A stretch of DNA of 63,631 nucleotides, counting the filler, from Octopus bimaculoides (taxonomy: Eukaryota): assembly GCF_001194135.2 (NCBI RefSeq). It is 6 parts of 5 records of this genome, joined end to end, with 100 filler letters (N's around TTAATTAATTAA, not from the genome) between each part and the next. Parts side by side here need not be neighbours in the genome. Positions count along the whole stretch, not along the records: positions 42,561 to 62,386 come from NC_068988.1; 5 more parts are not named here. One strand, written 5' to 3'. The notes below the pieces were generated by a model. That model made no database searches. It was not told where the DNA came from and was given only the letters and a program-made list of their open reading frames with translations. Position numbers and translations under genes: made by a program. Shown piece after piece: positions 49,442-62,486 of the stretch; positions within the stretch are counted from its first letter, which is position 1; every line of letters begins with the position of its first letter.

Positions 49442-50507
49442 TACTGCCCACATTATCTCGCCTAATGACACGCTCACACTCACACAGATGCGCGTGCGCG
49501 CGTTCGTTTTAGTATTGATGTGATCACCACGGTGGCAGTTGCTGTGGACAACAAGAGTTAAATGAAAATATTTCTTTACCACTGACCTCACTACCACGAC
49601 CACCACCACTACCACAACGACGACCACCACCACCAGCATTACCTCCACCACCATCAACACTATCACTACCTCCCCCACCACCACCATTGTTGAGTAACCA
49701 GTAGACAAGTGGAATCTCATTATGTTTCTTTCCAACCACTTGAAGTAGTTCTAGTTTTCACCAAATTATTTTCAAAAAGTGAAAGTAAATATAGTTTTGC
49801 ATATTGACGACGAAAAGTGCATTTTACTGCTTAGAAATTAATAATAAAGTGTCCCGTGCATTTAAAGTTATGTGTATTTAGCCAATCGGAAATCTTCATT
49901 GCCTACATATCGGATATCGCGAATGTCTGTTATCATGTTAACATATAATGGCGTTGTAGCAAGAGAAAATGCTGTCAATCTGTGTCAGTGAGGAAAGGCA
50001 CATCGTTGTATTGCTGGGTAAAACACTCGATTCTGTCGGAAACAGTAATTTATAATGACCTGTGATGCGTATACTCGCACATTCCAGAGACACTTCGCTA
50101 CCAATTTCAGCATAAAATGGTGAACCGCAGCGTTGCGTTTCTCAATTCACAAAACTGGATGCACATCAGTGAAGAAAATTCGAAATACCTCAAGTGGCTG
50201 AAAGAAATTGAACAAGATCCAAAACTCAACATTTTCGAGTAAAAAAAAAATCGTTTTCTTCCATTAAATTCTCTTCAAAAACATTCAAAATTCTGTAATG
50301 TCTTCATTTTCTTTCGGTCGACGTGTAGGCAAATAACGGTGACAAATAGATGAACAACGATAAAATGCGATTGCTATAACAACAAAGATTTACGACTTCC
50401 GATATGTTAGCAATGGAAGTTTCCTACATAAAATCACTTGTAACTTCTTTATGCACACACATATGCACGTATGTATGTGTGTGTATGGAAAGCGAGATAG
50501 ATAGATA

Positions 50508-50607
<100 letters not shown>

Positions 50608-51267
50608 TATATACATATATATATATATACATACATATATATAGACATAAACACACAGACACACAAGATCACATCCTGGTGAGACGCAGAAGGAACATGA
50701 TCAGGACTTGCCCTTTGTGCGAAGCCTACCTGTATTCCTGACTCTATGCTGAGTAGTTCAGCTAATCAAATAGTCTCCAGCAAAAAGCAAAAGCGTGTGA
50801 CAACAGTTTAAAGCAAGTGTATAGACCATCCTACAGGTACCACCTAAGAACGGCAATGATAGTCAACAAAAAGCAATGGCAACAATTATCTTTAGTTATG
50901 CGCCTGGAAGATACACCCTCATCGAAGTAGAAAACGAGAAACTCGGCAGAGCCACCAAAATAATACCTTCAGCAGCAGCTGAAGATCCCACAAGCATTCG
51001 TGTAGAAAAACCAGTCTCTAGCAAAGCTGCGAGATATCCCGAGGAAACAGCCAATAGCTTTTTGCATAGCAAAAGACGAAAAGAAAAGGCTAAGAATCAT
51101 ACAGCTTTATTTCCATTCCTTTTTTGACTTTACTAAGGCGCTAGTTCGGGATATGTGAAGCAGCAACCTCGAGTACTCAGCTAAAGGAGTAAACACTTTT
51201 TATTGCACCACCTTGGGTTGGGTGACCCTGCAAGAAAGAACTCTGGCCGAAACAAAACCTTGATAAG

Positions 51268-51720
51268 GTGCAGGCATGATTATGTGGTAAGAAGTTAGCT
51301 TCCAAACCGCATGATTCCGAGTTCAGTCCAACTATGCGACACCTTAGGTACGTGTCTTCTACTATAGCTTCTGGTCGAGCAAAGCCTTATGAGTGGATTT
51401 GGTCGCCGGAAACAGAATGAAGCCAATCGTGCATACATACATACATACATAAATAAGTGTGTGTGCGCATGCCTATGTGTATTCATGTGTGTGTGTGGTG
51501 GTGGTGGTGGGGGCATATGTGCGCGCGCGCGTAGACCTTGTATTTGTGTTTGTGTCCACCCGTAACGTAGCGGTTCCGCAAAACAAACCGATAGAATAAG
51601 TACGAGGCTTAAAAATTTTAAAAAGTGTATTGGGGATCGATTCACTCGTCTAAAACTCTTCGAGGCGCTGCCCCAGCATGACCGCAGTCCAATGACTGGA
51701 ACAAGTAAAAGATAAAAGAT
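51268..51720 (+). mobile_element. SINE family A
   Basis: ggtgcaggcatgattatgtggtaagaag...gactggaacaagtaaaagataaaagat. Confidence 0.85.
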
Positions 51721-51784
51721 AGAAATGAAAGAAAGAAGCCAACCACTCCTAACAACTGAATTTGACTTGAGTGAACTGAGCTAG

Positions 51785-52030
51785 AAGAAAGCTCAGGAAT
51801 TTGTCAAGGCAGCTTGGAAGTTGTCAGCCTCTACTTCAACTCACAGTTCAATACTATACAGTATTTGTAAACGTTGTCCAAGAATCGTTCAACAACATAA
51901 ATGGGATAACGGTGACCCATCAGGGAAATGAGCCCCGCGAGGTGGACTGGTTGCTGCAGCGAATGTCGCTGGCCATTCTACGTGGCAACGTCATCGCAGT
52001 CATTATAGCTAGATGCGGTTGAGCACGCCC
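51785..52030 (+). mobile_element. CRE-like LINE REL-endonuclease C-terminal relic
   Basis: NEPREVDWLLQRMSLAILRGNVIAV resembles DPRE..FL.QR.S.AIQRGNA; followed by a TA/TATG microsatellite. Confidence 0.65.
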
Positions 52031-52056
52031 TTTGTTCTGGGGTGTATATATATATG

Positions 52057-52119
<63 letters not shown>

Positions 52120-52139
52120 GTGTGTGTGTGTGTGTGTGT

Positions 52140-52927
52140 TTGGTTTGATCAATAAGTATACGGACTGTTGTCATAGTAACGAGGCCAAAGCACGCAGATT
52201 GACCGTGAACATAGTTGTGCATGCGCACTAAGTTTTAACGTTCTAGCTTACTTCCTCTCATTACAGTAGTGCTTGGAAGGAAGGTGGGGACCGTGTGATC
52301 GTCGCATTCATCATGACAGAAGATTGAGCAGGGAATCGGCATCAAATTTTGCCAAAAGCTTGGTGATACTTGCTCTGAGGCCTACGCAGAGTTTTCAAAA
52401 TGCTTTCATCGTTCTCGACACAATCAAGGAGATCTTGTGCAGCTGAAACCCGAGTGTCTTTTTCGTCAGCTGAAAGCAACTTTGGCACAAACTTAGCAGA
52501 CACGCGTCTCATACGCAAATCTTCAGTGATAATGGACTGAACAGAACCATAACTCATCTGCACATCCTCTGATAACTCGTGGGTGGTGATTCAACGATTT
52601 CCCCTCACAGCTGCACGCACATCTGCGATGTTTATCTCAGTTGTTTTGGTTGCGGGTCTCCTAGAACGTTCGTCAATATTGACATTTTTTTCGGCCATCT
52701 TAGAAACGTCTGAACCACTCGTACACTTGTGTGCGGTTCATACGCTTTCCTCCATACAGTTTCTGCAACTTTGCGTAAGACTCTGAGCAGGTATCACTGT
52801 TAAAACGTTAAAACTTAGTGCGCATGCACAGCAGAGTTCAAGGTCAGTCTGTGCCAAGCAGTTTCACTCTGCGTGCTTTAGCTTCGTTATTATGGCAATA
52901 GTCCGGATACTTCTTGATCAGACGTCG
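52140..52927. mobile_element. mariner derivative made of two inverted left ends
   Basis: Plus strand: TIR, 5'UTR, IKFCQKLGDTCSEAYA. Minus strand: TIR, 5'UTR, TCSESYAKLQ..QVYEWFRRF..ERSRRP..LRMRRVSAKFVPKLLS..ENDESILK. TA at 52928. Confidence 0.85.
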
Positions 52928-53849
52928 TANNNNNNNNNNNNNNNNNNNNNNNNNNNNNNNNNNNNNNNNNNNNNNNNNNNNNNNNNNNNNNNNNNNNNNN
53001 NNNNNNNNNNNNNNNNNNNNNNNNNNNNNNNNNNNNNNNNNNNNNNNNNNNNNNNNNNNNNNNNNNNNNNNNNNNNNNNNNNNNNNNNNNNNNNNNNNNN
53101 NNNNNNNNNNNNNNNNNNNNNNNNNNNNNNNNNNNNNNNNNNNNNNNNNNNNNNNNNNNNNNNNNNNNNNNNNNNNNNNNNNNNNNNNNNNNNNNNNNNN
53201 NNNNNNNNNNNNNNNNNNNNNNNNNNNNNNNNNNNNNNNNNNNNNNNNNNNNNNNNNNNNNNNNNNNNNNNNNNNNNNNNNNNNNNNNNNNNNNNNNNNN
53301 NNNNNNNNNNNNNNNNNNNNNNNNNNNNNNNNNNNNNNNNNNNNNNNNNNNNNNNNNNNNNNNNNNNNNNNNNNNNNNNNNNNNNNNNNNNNNNNNNNNN
53401 NNNNNNNNNNNNNNNNNNNNNNNNNNAACTAAAAATCGTTTTAAAAATAGTTCGCCTCTTACACACACCTTCACACACATAAACATCGGTATACACATGC
53501 ACATATGAGTTTGTGTAAAAAGATCCTGTTTTTGAAATTGGTTAATTTTCTTACAGTGTGTTAAAAATAATTTTCTTCTTTACTTTTAAAAAAAAAAGTG
53601 ATTTGATAAGGATTAAATTCTCTTTGCTTCAAAGCGTATTAATTTGTTCCTGCATCTGTTAAATACTATTCAGTTCCTTTACTTTCCAGAGGTTATTTTA
53701 TATTTTAAGTATATTTGTCAGTCTTCAGAAAACCGGAAGATGCAAAACTCTGAGTCACTCCAAGCTTGGCGGATATTTGACCGGTACTGTTTATGTATGT
53801 ATGTATGTATGTATGTATGTATGTATGTATGTATGTATGTATCTCCTTT

Positions 53850-54565
53850 TCTGCAGAAGGTTGAGTATTAAGTTTCTTTTTTGCTGGCGATTTCGGGCAT
53901 TTCCATTCCATACTTTGCCCTTTGGATTCTGGCTCACGATAATGGACCTAAGTCTCATCTCCTGAGACTATTCTCTCCCAAAAAGTTTTACCTTCATTAT
54001 CGTAGCGGTCGGATAAGGGCTGACAAGTCTCCCAACGATTGCACTTATGGGCTTCGGCAAGCTCTCTTGGCACCCATCTCGCAGAGTTTAAGAAATTTGT
54101 ATGATTCTGTATGCAGAACCATGATTAATTTTCAGAGAACGTGCCACCTCATCGATGGCTCATTGTTGGTTCGCCAGAACCATCTCTTGAACTTGCTGAA
54201 TCTTCACGTCAGTGGTGGAAGTTGAGCGTCCTGCTCTTTCTTCGTGCTTCCGGTCATTTAAAAACTTCTCGATGCACTCACTCATACACACTTCTACGCG
54301 GAAGAGCGCCATCTTCGTATTGTATTGAAAGCCTAAATCTTAGCTCTTGATACACCTTCATACTAGAGAAATCAGATTGCTGATCTCTTTCTTTCGTTGG
54401 TGCACAATGCCAGCAGAACGTCTGTGTTTAATCTGTACAGAAGGTCAAACCTGGATTACGTAACCACAAGGATACGACCGTTTAGTACACGATCGCTGAA
54501 GGCAGTGTGGCCTATCTAAGGTAAGTTTGGAGAAAGTGCAGATTAATTTTGACTTCCCGTCATGT
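53850..54565 (-). mobile_element. mariner relic, 5' half
   Basis: FWERIVSGDET*VHYREPESKGQSMEWKCPKSPAKKK; TIR-like end near 54520-54565. Confidence 0.85.
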
Positions 54566-54991
54566 GTGTGTATGTGTATGTGTATGCATGTATATATGTA
54601 TTTATGTATGAATGTAAGTGTGTATGTATGTATGAGTGTCTGTGTGTGTATGTATGTATGTTATTAAGGTCCATAACGAGTAAATTTGAAGTATACTCCT
54701 TTTGCCATCATGAGTAATATCAGGAAACGTGGCGTACATTCAGTAACTATAATTTAACTCTTATTAAATGTCATGATGTTTTATATAAAATGATGAAATG
54801 AATACTGATTTTCAAAAAGAAGAATATTTGTTACCTCAAAATAAAATTAAATAACACAAATTGCTTGTTTGTATCTTTGTGATCCTTTTACTTCGACTGT
54901 GAGTGTGCGAGAATTGGACAGCGTTTTTTTATTCATTGACTGCCACGAAGCCTAGTAAATGCATTGATACTACATCTCTTATGTTAACTCT

Positions 54992-55037
<46 letters not shown>

Positions 55038-55040
<3 letters not shown>

Positions 55041-55435
55041 ACCAGCAGATGACAGCGTTTCCCTAAAAGAAATGGAGAAACTTTCAAAATACAAAGACCT
55101 GGNNNNNNNNNNACTTTCAAAATACAAAGACCTGGAAATAGAGGCAACTCGAATGTGGAATCTAAAAACAGAAACAATTCCTCTCGTAGTAGGTACCTTA
55201 GGTATAATAAAAAATATTCAGACAAATACATAACAAAAACACCAGGACTTACAAATATATATAATTTACAGAAAATTGCACTACTAGGCACTGCACACAT
55301 CCTACGTAAAGCACTTTCAATACAGTAACCATAAGAGCGTCACAGCAAACCACAGCACATACCCAAGGCACACAGAGCTGCGCTCGTTAGTGCAGTGAAA
55401 GCGCGTGATAAAAATGACTACTGAATAATGATAAT
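55038..55435 (+). mobile_element. R4/Dong-like LINE 3' end (REL domain + UTR)
   Basis: IPADDSVSLKEMEKLSKYKDLEIEATRMWNLKTETIPLVVGTLG..LQKIALLGTAHILRKALSIQ*, ending aataatgataataat. Confidence 0.88.
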
Positions 55436-55565
55436 AATAGTGGTTTCAAATTTTGGTACAAGGTCAGTAATTTCAGGGTGGATGCTAGTTGATTACATCG
55501 ACCCCAATGTTTAACTGGTACTTATTTTATCGACCCAAAAAGGGATGAAAGGCAAAATCGCCCTC

Positions 55566-56145
55566 GGATCTTTTTTAAAACGGGGGCCACATTTTTCATT
55601 AACGAAACACTTTGAAACTTGGAACACTGGTAGAATGTGTCATATAAAACATCTTTTTCTCTTAGTCTTCTTAAAAAAAAAAGAAATCCATAAATTATTC
55701 CATGTTAAAGTTGTCGTATTTCTGTAATTTCAACCAATCACTGACGTCCATTCAGCCGATATACATTAAGTGCCGACTACATAAACAAACGATTCTGAAA
55801 CAATTAACCCTAACCCTAACCCTAGGGTTAGGGTTAGGGTTAAGGTTAGGGTTAAAGCAAATTTAAAACGAAAAAAGCAAATAAAACGAAGGTATGGAGA
55901 TTAAATACGCTTTACATCGCTTAGTGAGCCAAAGGAGTAAAGGTAAACAACTGAATACTTGTCAGTGATTGGTTGAAATTATCGAAATAAGACAATTTTT
56001 TACATGAAATAAATTTGAATACAAAAATATTTTTCTGTTCTATAACACAAAATAGATAAGTATACGAAGTTTGAAAGTCTTTCGGTACCAAAAACACTAC
56101 GTAAAACATTAATGAAAAATGTGGACCCCCTTTTAAAAAAGATCC
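55566..56145. mobile_element. 580-bp MITE with ~40-bp TIRs, 8-bp TSD and an internal telomeric palindrome (Merlin-like by ends)
   Basis: TIRs GGATCTTTTTTAAAACGGGGGCCACATTTTTCATTAA / TTAATGAAAAATGTGGACCCCCTTTTAAAAAAGATCC; TSD TCGCCCTC on both sides. GG ends plus an 8-bp TSD fit Merlin (inference). Confidence 0.85.
55804..55855. repeat. (CCCTAA)3-(TTAGGG)5 telomeric motifs; perfect 40-bp palindrome at 55804-55843
   Basis: TTAACCCTAACCCTAACCCT|AGGGTTAGGGTTAGGGTTAA. Confidence 0.95.
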
Positions 56146-56443
56146 TCGCCCTCGGTGGAATTTGAATTCAGGACGTAATGACGGATGAAATGCCGCTAAG
56201 CATTTTTCCCCGGTATGCTAACGAATCTGCTAGCTCACCGCCTTACACAGTGCTTTATGCTTTTAAATACGCTGAGATGTATTTCGAAACAACGTAAATT
56301 GAAACACGTTTTGATTTATTCTCCGTTTAATCCAAAATATAATGAGCAAATATATTTTTCCGTATACCAACATTTGTCTCCCTTAGAACGATTTAAATTC
56401 TCTTCTGCGATAACCTGGGTTTACAGGTGACATATATATAGAC

Positions 56444-56706
56444 CAGTGTTTCTGAACCATTAAAAAAAATTTCTGGATCATTTTGATTCCTATTTTACAC
56501 AGTTGGACCTTCCTAGCCATTTGATGTTGAAAAATTCTTATATTTTTATAATTAAATGTTATTAGAAAATTGTATACAAATAATTATTGAAATAATTTGT
56601 GTATTGTACAAGTATAAACCATTTATTGCAGATAAATTTTAAGCAGCAAAATCATATATGCCCCCCCCCCCCCGGGCCATATATGGGCCTCAGGTGAAAA
56701 CCACTG
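56444..56706. mobile_element. hAT MITE
   Basis: TIRs CAGTGTTTCTGAACC / CAGGTGAAAACCACTG; perfect 8-bp TSD ATATAGAC (56436-43, 56707-14). Confidence 0.88.
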
Positions 56707-56810
56707 ATATAGACACAAAGCCAGGACACACACACACACNNNNNNNNNNNNNNNNNNNNNNNNNNNNNNNNNNNNNNNNNNNNNNNNNNNNNNNNNNNNN
56801 NNNNNNNNNN

Positions 56811-56858
<48 letters not shown>

Positions 56859-57079
56859 TCTGTGATATTCTTTTCTTGTGTTCAGACATTAAGCACAGTA
56901 GGATATATCTTTCATGTGTTTTAGCTTAGTATGTCGAAGCCAATAATTATTTTGCTCTGGTATTTCATTTTATTGATTTACACACTTGAGTAATATGTTA
57001 TCAAGAGTAATGCCTCCTTATATGAATCAACCCTGCCTGGTATACCTATCGAGTTCAGTATATGTCGGTATAGGCACTT

Positions 57080-57127
<48 letters not shown>

Positions 57128-57308
57128 ACACAGTGTTAGTTTATTGGGTGTCTGAGTTTTTAGTGGTAAGAGAATACATTCTCAATGCCCTTGTGGTAAA
57201 TATATATTTCCAATGAGAGTGCTTACAATGAGTTGTTAGTCACCAGTAAATTTTCCCGTTGGGTAATTCGTTGTACCCTAATCAGGACTGTAAAGGTTCC
57301 TTAGAGTG

Positions 57309-57340
<32 letters not shown>

Positions 57341-57361
57341 GGATAATAATAAGGATAATAA

Positions 57362-57925
57362 ATGCCCTGACGCAGTACCAGGCAGTGATTCTCGTGGCTT
57401 CTGATCTTAACAGATTGGAAGTGTTATCATGTACATGTTTCGTTCTTGATATAAAAGATGGGCTACAGCAAATATTCTGCTCAATATTACAGATTTGCTT
57501 GTCAGTTGTTTAACCTTAACCAGTTGAGCATGTCCCTTGGTGGCTGACAATATGTGCATCTCTGATCACGAGCAGAAGTAGTTGGGGAGCATCATAGCCA
57601 TGTGTTGAGAGGAATTCTTTGGGATTTGGATAATTCACTTCTGGAAACGTGTGTTTTGTTCATCATCCTTAAAACGAACCTTATTCAGGGACCTTTTGAG
57701 CGGGATGGGCTACTCGACGCGAAGGAAATTCTAATTGGGCCCCACCTGCAAAGTCATGCGCTGTTAATCTTGATATGACATCACCATGTCGTGCATATAT
57801 GGTTGTGATGCATGTGCCTGGTGAACCCTTATCAGCCGGGTAGTCATGATGGTTATATTAGGCTTCGTATATTTGTACTCCAGTGTCACTCTGATGGCTT
57901 GTGCTGCTCTCTCACCCAATAATAA
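57362..57925 (+). mobile_element. unclassified ~560-bp non-coding element flanked by (TAA)n ('element X', copy 1)
   Basis: Begins atgccctgacgcagtaccaggcagtg, ends ctctctcacccaataataat; second copy at 59773. Confidence 0.7.
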
Positions 57926-57936
57926 TAATAATAATA

Positions 57937-59576
57937 AAACTCTATGGCAAAGACGATAATGAGCTTGAAGGACTACTACATACTGTGAAAGATTTCAGTG
58001 ATGACATCCAGAGAGGGAAATTGAAGACCTCACGTTCAGTGGTGTTGTATGTTGACACAGACATAAAAGAACTCGAGCAGGATCAAACTTACAAATACCT
58101 CGAAATAAATGAGGGTTGTGGCATTCAGCATGCAAGTATGAAAGAAAATATCAGGAAGGGGTGTTACAGGAGAGTTCGAGCAGTCCTAAAATCCGAGTTA
58201 AATGCAAATAACAAAGGTATTAGCTATAAATTCCTTAGCAGTTCCGGTTGTTATTTACAGGAAAATCCTGCTGACTTGCAACAAGATGCACCACCCAAAG
58301 GCAAACACAGATCGTCTTTACCTACCCAAAGCTCAAGGAGGTCGTGGCTTGATCCAATTTGAAATCTCCTACAAAACCACAATAAGATTGGCAAAATATC
58401 TTGAAACATCTAACGACTGGATGCTAAAGCCCGTTGAAAACTATGAAAGACGTAAGAAGCTTCATTCTGTTATGAAGGGGAGCAAACATTTTCAAGTAAG
58501 TTTATACATAGTATCCAGGTGGAAGTGCAGCAACTGTAGTTAATAAGAAGCGGAAATCAATAGCAAAGCAAAATGCGTCTGAACAATTGACTGATAAATT
58601 GGGAACAAAAACCTCTGCATGGCAAATATGTGGCCTATAGCAAACATGCTGATGTAGACCAGAAGCATGCCCATCAGTGGCTACGGAGTTCAGGGCTAAA
58701 GGCAGAGAGTGAAATTTTTTATCTTGGCTGCCTAAGATCAGAGCTTAAATTACCCGGAACTATCAAGTCAATGTAATGAAAATGGTGTAGACCCAAAGTG
58801 CCGATACTGCAACGATGGGATAGAAACAGTGGACCACATAATCTCTGGGTGTAAGGTTTTAGCCTCTGTAGAGTACAAATCATAACATCACAGAGTTGGC
58901 CAATATCTACATTGGATAATGTGCCGGCATCATAAAATCAAAATTGCTGACAAATGGTACAAGCACCACCCTGGGGTTGTAACTGAGGGAGAAAATGTAA
59001 ATATTACTTGGGACTTCCCTCGGACCATCAAAGCAAATAAATCAGATATTGTAGTGAAAGACCAAAACGATGAAGTTTGTTTATTGATTGACATGAGCAT
59101 ACACTGTGAACATAATATCTCGGCAAAAGAATTTGATAAGCTCAGAAAATATAAAGATTTGCTAATCGAAATCGAAAAGGTGTGGCATCTCAAGACAGTT
59201 ACAATACCAGTGATTGTAGGAGCACTTGGAATGATCAAAAAAAGGAAATGAAAATTATTTAAGAATGATCCCTGGCTAACCATTCGTGCAGGAAGTGCAA
59301 AAGATTGTCTTAACTGGTACGTCAAAGGTATTGAGAAGAGCATTGTATCTGTGAATTTTCTTTCATTTTGCCTCTTTATTTTGTTTATTTACTTTTTTTT
59401 TTTATTATTTCCTTTTATTCTCTGTCTTCTTTTTCCCTATCACATGACTTTGTTAATGAACAATGTGGTATGTTTATTTTAATGGCCTACCAATGTATAC
59501 AGTAGGTTTCTCTGCCCTAAGTGTCAGGAAGACACTTGGCAAGAAATGGAAACAGAACTGAAAGATGCTAATGAAA
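57937..59576 (+). mobile_element. R4/Dong-like LINE, 5'-truncated and decayed
   Basis: KLYGKDDNELEGLLHTVKDFSDDI, YKYLEINE, MHHPKANTDRLYLP..GGRGLIQ, CRYCNDGIETVDHIISGC, KANKSDIVV, LLIDMSI, EKVWHLKTVTIPVIVGALG. Begins and ends in (AAT)n. Confidence 0.92.
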
Positions 59577-59660
59577 ATAATAATAATAGTAATAATAATA
59601 ATAATAACAACAACGACAACAACAACAACAACAATAATAATAATGAAAAGGATAAGGATG

Positions 59661-59701
<41 letters not shown>

Positions 59702-59714
59702 AATAATAATAATG

Positions 59715-59772
<58 letters not shown>
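59577..59772. repeat. (AAT)n/(AAC)n microsatellite
   Basis: Directly visible. Confidence 0.95.
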
Positions 59773-59774
<2 letters not shown>

Positions 59775-60160
59775 TGCCCTGATGCAGTACCAGGCAGTGG
59801 TTTTCATGGCTTCTCATCTTAACTGATTGGAAGTGTTATCATCTACATTGTTTTGTCTTGGTATAAAAAGATGGGCTACAGCAAATATTCTGCTCAATAC
59901 CACAGATTTGCTTGTCAGTTGTTTGACCTTAACCAGTTGACGATGTCCCTTGGTGGCTGACGATAAGTGCATCTCTGATCACGAGCAGTAGTGGGGGAAC
60001 ATCATAGCCATGTGTTGCAAGGAATTCCTAGAGGTTTGGATAATTCACCTTTGGAAATATGGGTGTTTCGTTCAAACATCCTTAAACAAACCTTATTCAG
60101 GGACCTTTTGAGCGGGATACGCTACTCGATGTGAAGAAAATTCTAACTGAGCCCCCACTT
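59773..60160 (+). mobile_element. element X, copy 2 (3'-truncated)
   Basis: Co-linear with 57362-57750, roughly 85% identical by eye. Confidence 0.7.
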
Positions 60161-60574
60161 TACAGGTTCAGTCACACTTTGCTTCTGTTACTCCAATAAT
60201 GGGTGCTAAGTGTACCTTGGGTACTGGATTTGCAAACTTCCTATCAATGAGCCATGTATGTATGTATGTATGTATGTATGTATGTCTGTATGTATGTCTA
60301 TATGTATGTATGTATGTATGTATGCATGCATGTATGTATGTATGTATGTATGTATGTATGTATATAGGTATGTATGTATGTATGTATGTATGTATGTATG
60401 TCTTCTCTTTCGCTTTTTAATTTAGAATAATTTTTTTCTAGCTACCGACTTGGTAGCAAGGTTGTGAAGGAAAATATCTTGTTTCAACCACCATCCTTTA
60501 AATCTTATCTTAAGTGTATCTTGGATGTCCCCTTTCTCTTATATATTTCGGACCACATTTTTTTTTTTTTGTCT

Positions 60575-60790
60575 GCATGTGGAAATTTTAAAGTTTAGTG
60601 AAAATTTTAAAATTTGGTGTATGGATGTAATTTTCCACGGTGAATCTCGGGAGATATTTAACTTTTTCTAGAAAAAGAAAAAAAAAAAAAAAAAAAAAAA
60701 GAGAAAAGTTACAGAGGTTTAAAGTTTGATCATTTTTACCCAGTCAGAAAACAGGATTTGGAAGCCGTCATTTTGTACTTGACTGCACGC
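60575..60790 (-). repeat. dispersed repeat shared with 26445-26640 (+)
   Basis: caaaatgac.g.ttc.a.at.ctgttttctgactgg.t.aaaat..tca.a.tttaa.cctct.t.actt is shared; class unknown. Confidence 0.65.
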
Positions 60791-62386
60791 GTTGCCAACT
60801 GTTGACAAATGACCACCTCATTAAATGCTTATTAAATGCTTTAAGCAGTTGATAAGCGAAACATGACCACGTTGGTAAGCAGCTTGATATTAGCTTGACT
60901 TGTTACTATGCAAACAGGTACCTATACGTCTGTGGTTTTGGTTAAAATTACCCCAAATTTGCAAACGTTAAAAGCTATCGATTCTTTATTTATTGTTTTA
61001 TGGCGAAGATAATTTCGTGTCAATGATTATCTTACAAAACTACATGGTTACACCAATTATGGGATCAGTTGGAACAAAAATTGAAGAAATTGAAAAATGG
61101 CAGTCAAGCAGAAAAGATTCAAAAACAAAGGCAAACAAAAACGCAGAAAAAAAAACAAACCAAAAAACCACACAACCTTGCGCGCATGCATTCATGCAAA
61201 CTCGCTCATCGCAAGAATTTAAAGATTCTTTTTCTATAGAAAGAATCCTTTTATTATCAACAGAGATAATAATTACATATATAAGACGTATATGTTAAAG
61301 CTGTGAGGAAAGGCAAACAATTAGGCAATGCAGGACAATGACATTTCATTTCATTTAATTCAATCTAAAATTTAGTGACGTAACGAATGGTAAAATTTAT
61401 ACAAAATGGTGAAGATAGACCTTGAGTCATCCTGATGAAAACTTCTCGTTTTCTCTATATACCACGTATGTATATGATAAATTTATAATACAAAACCACA
61501 TTAAAATCTAAATCTCAAACCGAAAAAAAACCAGAAGCATGAGCCAAGAAAGAAAAACGAAGAGGAAGAAAGAAAAAAGAGGGAAAAAATCGAACACATC
61601 AATTCAACACCGAGTGTCTTTATTGATTGTACAGCACAAAGTTCATATTTCATTAAAAGAATACATCGGTCTAAAGGGACGCTACTAAGCATTTTGAACA
61701 AGGGGAATAACTCTCCGTTTAAAATAATGCCATGCAAAATTGATTTCCCTTTTCTTGCAAGTTGGAAGTTTTTCATTGTCCTTCTCTGTTCTCAGATTGA
61801 AATCTCGGTCCAAATGTATACAACGCAAGTTTTCTAGGTTGTCTACCGCCCTTATTTGAGGGAGGAGCAATGAACAGTTATTAAATCGACTCCTACCACT
61901 TCAACGACTAATACTTAGCGGCTATTTTTATTGCTCCTAGAATTACTAGATAAACTTCCGAAACCCAGATACCTATCCATCAATATAACCCATTCTCGTG
62001 TGAACTGTGACTTTCAAGACTTCACCAGATGGTAGCAGAATTATAAGTTCATATCTATCTGTCTGTCTGTCTAAATACATTCATACACACACACACCATA
62101 TATATATATATATATAATATAATATAGGATAATATCTTTATAAGAATTTATCAAGTAGTCAGCATGAAAAAACCCCATAAGGAAAAAAAGAACTCATCGT
62201 TTTTTCCCATAAATATATATAATTTATATAAGGGCATTAACTATATAGTAAAGCCTCACGCTTAGAGGGACTAAATAAGTCAAAAACTACCAAAAAATAA
62301 GCAACATATTTACCGAAAGCGAGGGAAATGCAACTTTCAAAAATTAATCTCCTAAAAACATTTAACTTAACGGCAAACCACTGGTT

Positions 62387-62486
62387 NNNNNNNNNNNNNN
62401 NNNNNNNNNNNNNNNNNNNNNNNNNNNNNNTTAATTAATTAANNNNNNNNNNNNNNNNNNNNNNNNNNNNNNNNNNNNNNNNNNNN
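62387..62486. other. artificial scaffold join
   Basis: Same construct. Confidence 0.95.

Larger units (their letters stand above)
55436..56243 (-). mobile_element. SINE family B interrupted by a MITE
   Basis: Tail half at 55436-55565 and head half at 56146-56243, on either side of the 8-bp TSD tcgccctc. Confidence 0.85.

Noticed and set aside
55804-55855. True telomere or chromosome-fusion scar
   Set aside because: Short, inside a TSD-bounded MITE, and of the opposite polarity to a fusion.
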